A stretch of DNA of 64,000 nucleotides from Malacoraja senta (Eukaryota), in contig CM076001.1 of assembly GCA_038087875.1 (NCBI GenBank), positions 622,001-686,000 on the forward strand. The letters are read 5' to 3'. The position numbers and the translations under genes were made by a program. Positions 63,257 through 64,000 of the stretch are shown here, piece after piece (positions within the stretch are counted from its first letter, which is position 1; the number at the start of each line of letters is the position of its first letter). Below the pieces are notes generated by a model. It saw nothing but the letters and a program-made list of their open reading frames with translations, did no database searches and was not told where the DNA came from.

Positions 63257-64000
63257 AACCCAAAAAAAACAAAACAATCCTTTGCAGTGCCTTTTTCACT
63301 TCAACCCAAAATCCCCCCCAAACAACCCTTTGCAGTGCATTTTTACTTCAACCCCCAAAACCCCCAAACAACCCTTTGCAGTGCATTTTTACTTCAACCC
63401 CCCCCCCCAAAAAAAACCCATTTGGAGTGCATTTTTATTTCAACCCAAATCACCCCCATACAACCATTTGCAGTGCATTTTTACTTCAACCCAAACAACC
63501 ATTTGCAGTGCATTTTTACTTCAATCCAAACAACCATTTTACTTCAACGCAAAAAAAAACCAAACACCCATTTGCAGTGCATTTTTACTTCAACCCAAAA
63601 CCCCCCAAACAACCATTTGCAGTGCATTTTTTACTTCGACTCCAAAACCCGCCAAACAACCATTTACAGTGCATTTTTACTTCAACCCAAAATAAAACCC
63701 AAACAACCATTTGCAGTGCATTTTTATTTCAACCCAAAACCCCCCAAACAACCATTTGCAGTGCATTTTTACTTCAACCCAAACACCCCCCAAACAACCA
63801 TTTGCAGTGCATTTTTACTTCAACCCAAACACCCCCAAACAATCATTTGCAGTGCATTTTTACTTCAACACAAACACTCCTCAAACAACCATTTGTAGTG
63901 CATTTTTACTTCAACCCAAACAACCATTTGCAGTGTATTTTACTTCAAACCCAACCCCCCCCCCAAACACCATTTGCAGTGCATTTTTACTTCAAACCCC
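63257..64000 (+). repeat. Tandem array, about 17 units of ~35-50 bp, core TTTGCAGTGCATTTTTACTTCAACC
   Basis: Conserved core separated by variable A/C-rich linkers; runs off window end. Confidence 0.93.

Noticed and set aside
62655..63695. 346-aa ORF
   Set aside because: Artefact of reading CR1 through the N gap into satellite
63257..64000. Conserved core with variable linkers resembling a CRISPR array
   Set aside because: Linkers are short, low-complexity and related to each other; vertebrate context, no cas genes

Overview
Repeat-rich vertebrate genomic DNA, most likely a cartilaginous fish (skate or ray), inferred from abundant HE1/V-SINE-type SINEs paired with CR1 LINEs. Most of the window is transposable elements: CR1, Rex1/Babar and RTE LINEs, Penelope-like fragments whose terminal repeats contain minimal hammerhead-ribozyme motifs, a structurally complete DIRS tyrosine-recombinase retrotransposon, a Gypsy element, a solo LTR, Harbinger/hAT/ISL2EU-like MITEs, two Helitrons and tandem arrays. 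Only one convincing host exon was found (16308-16442, resembling the myosin heavy chain neck/rod junction). The standout is a ~10.5 kb ERV-like LTR element on the minus strand (50088-60631). Between its integrase remnant and PPT it carries a mosaic of intronless, co-oriented host mRNA fragments (thrombospondin THBS2-like, BICD2, ZNF276, plus unassigned pieces). The ZNF276 piece is circularly permuted at a 5-nt AAGAA microhomology, and a 20-bp minisatellite has arisen from the thrombospondin coding sequence. All homology calls are from memory of protein families, without database searches.
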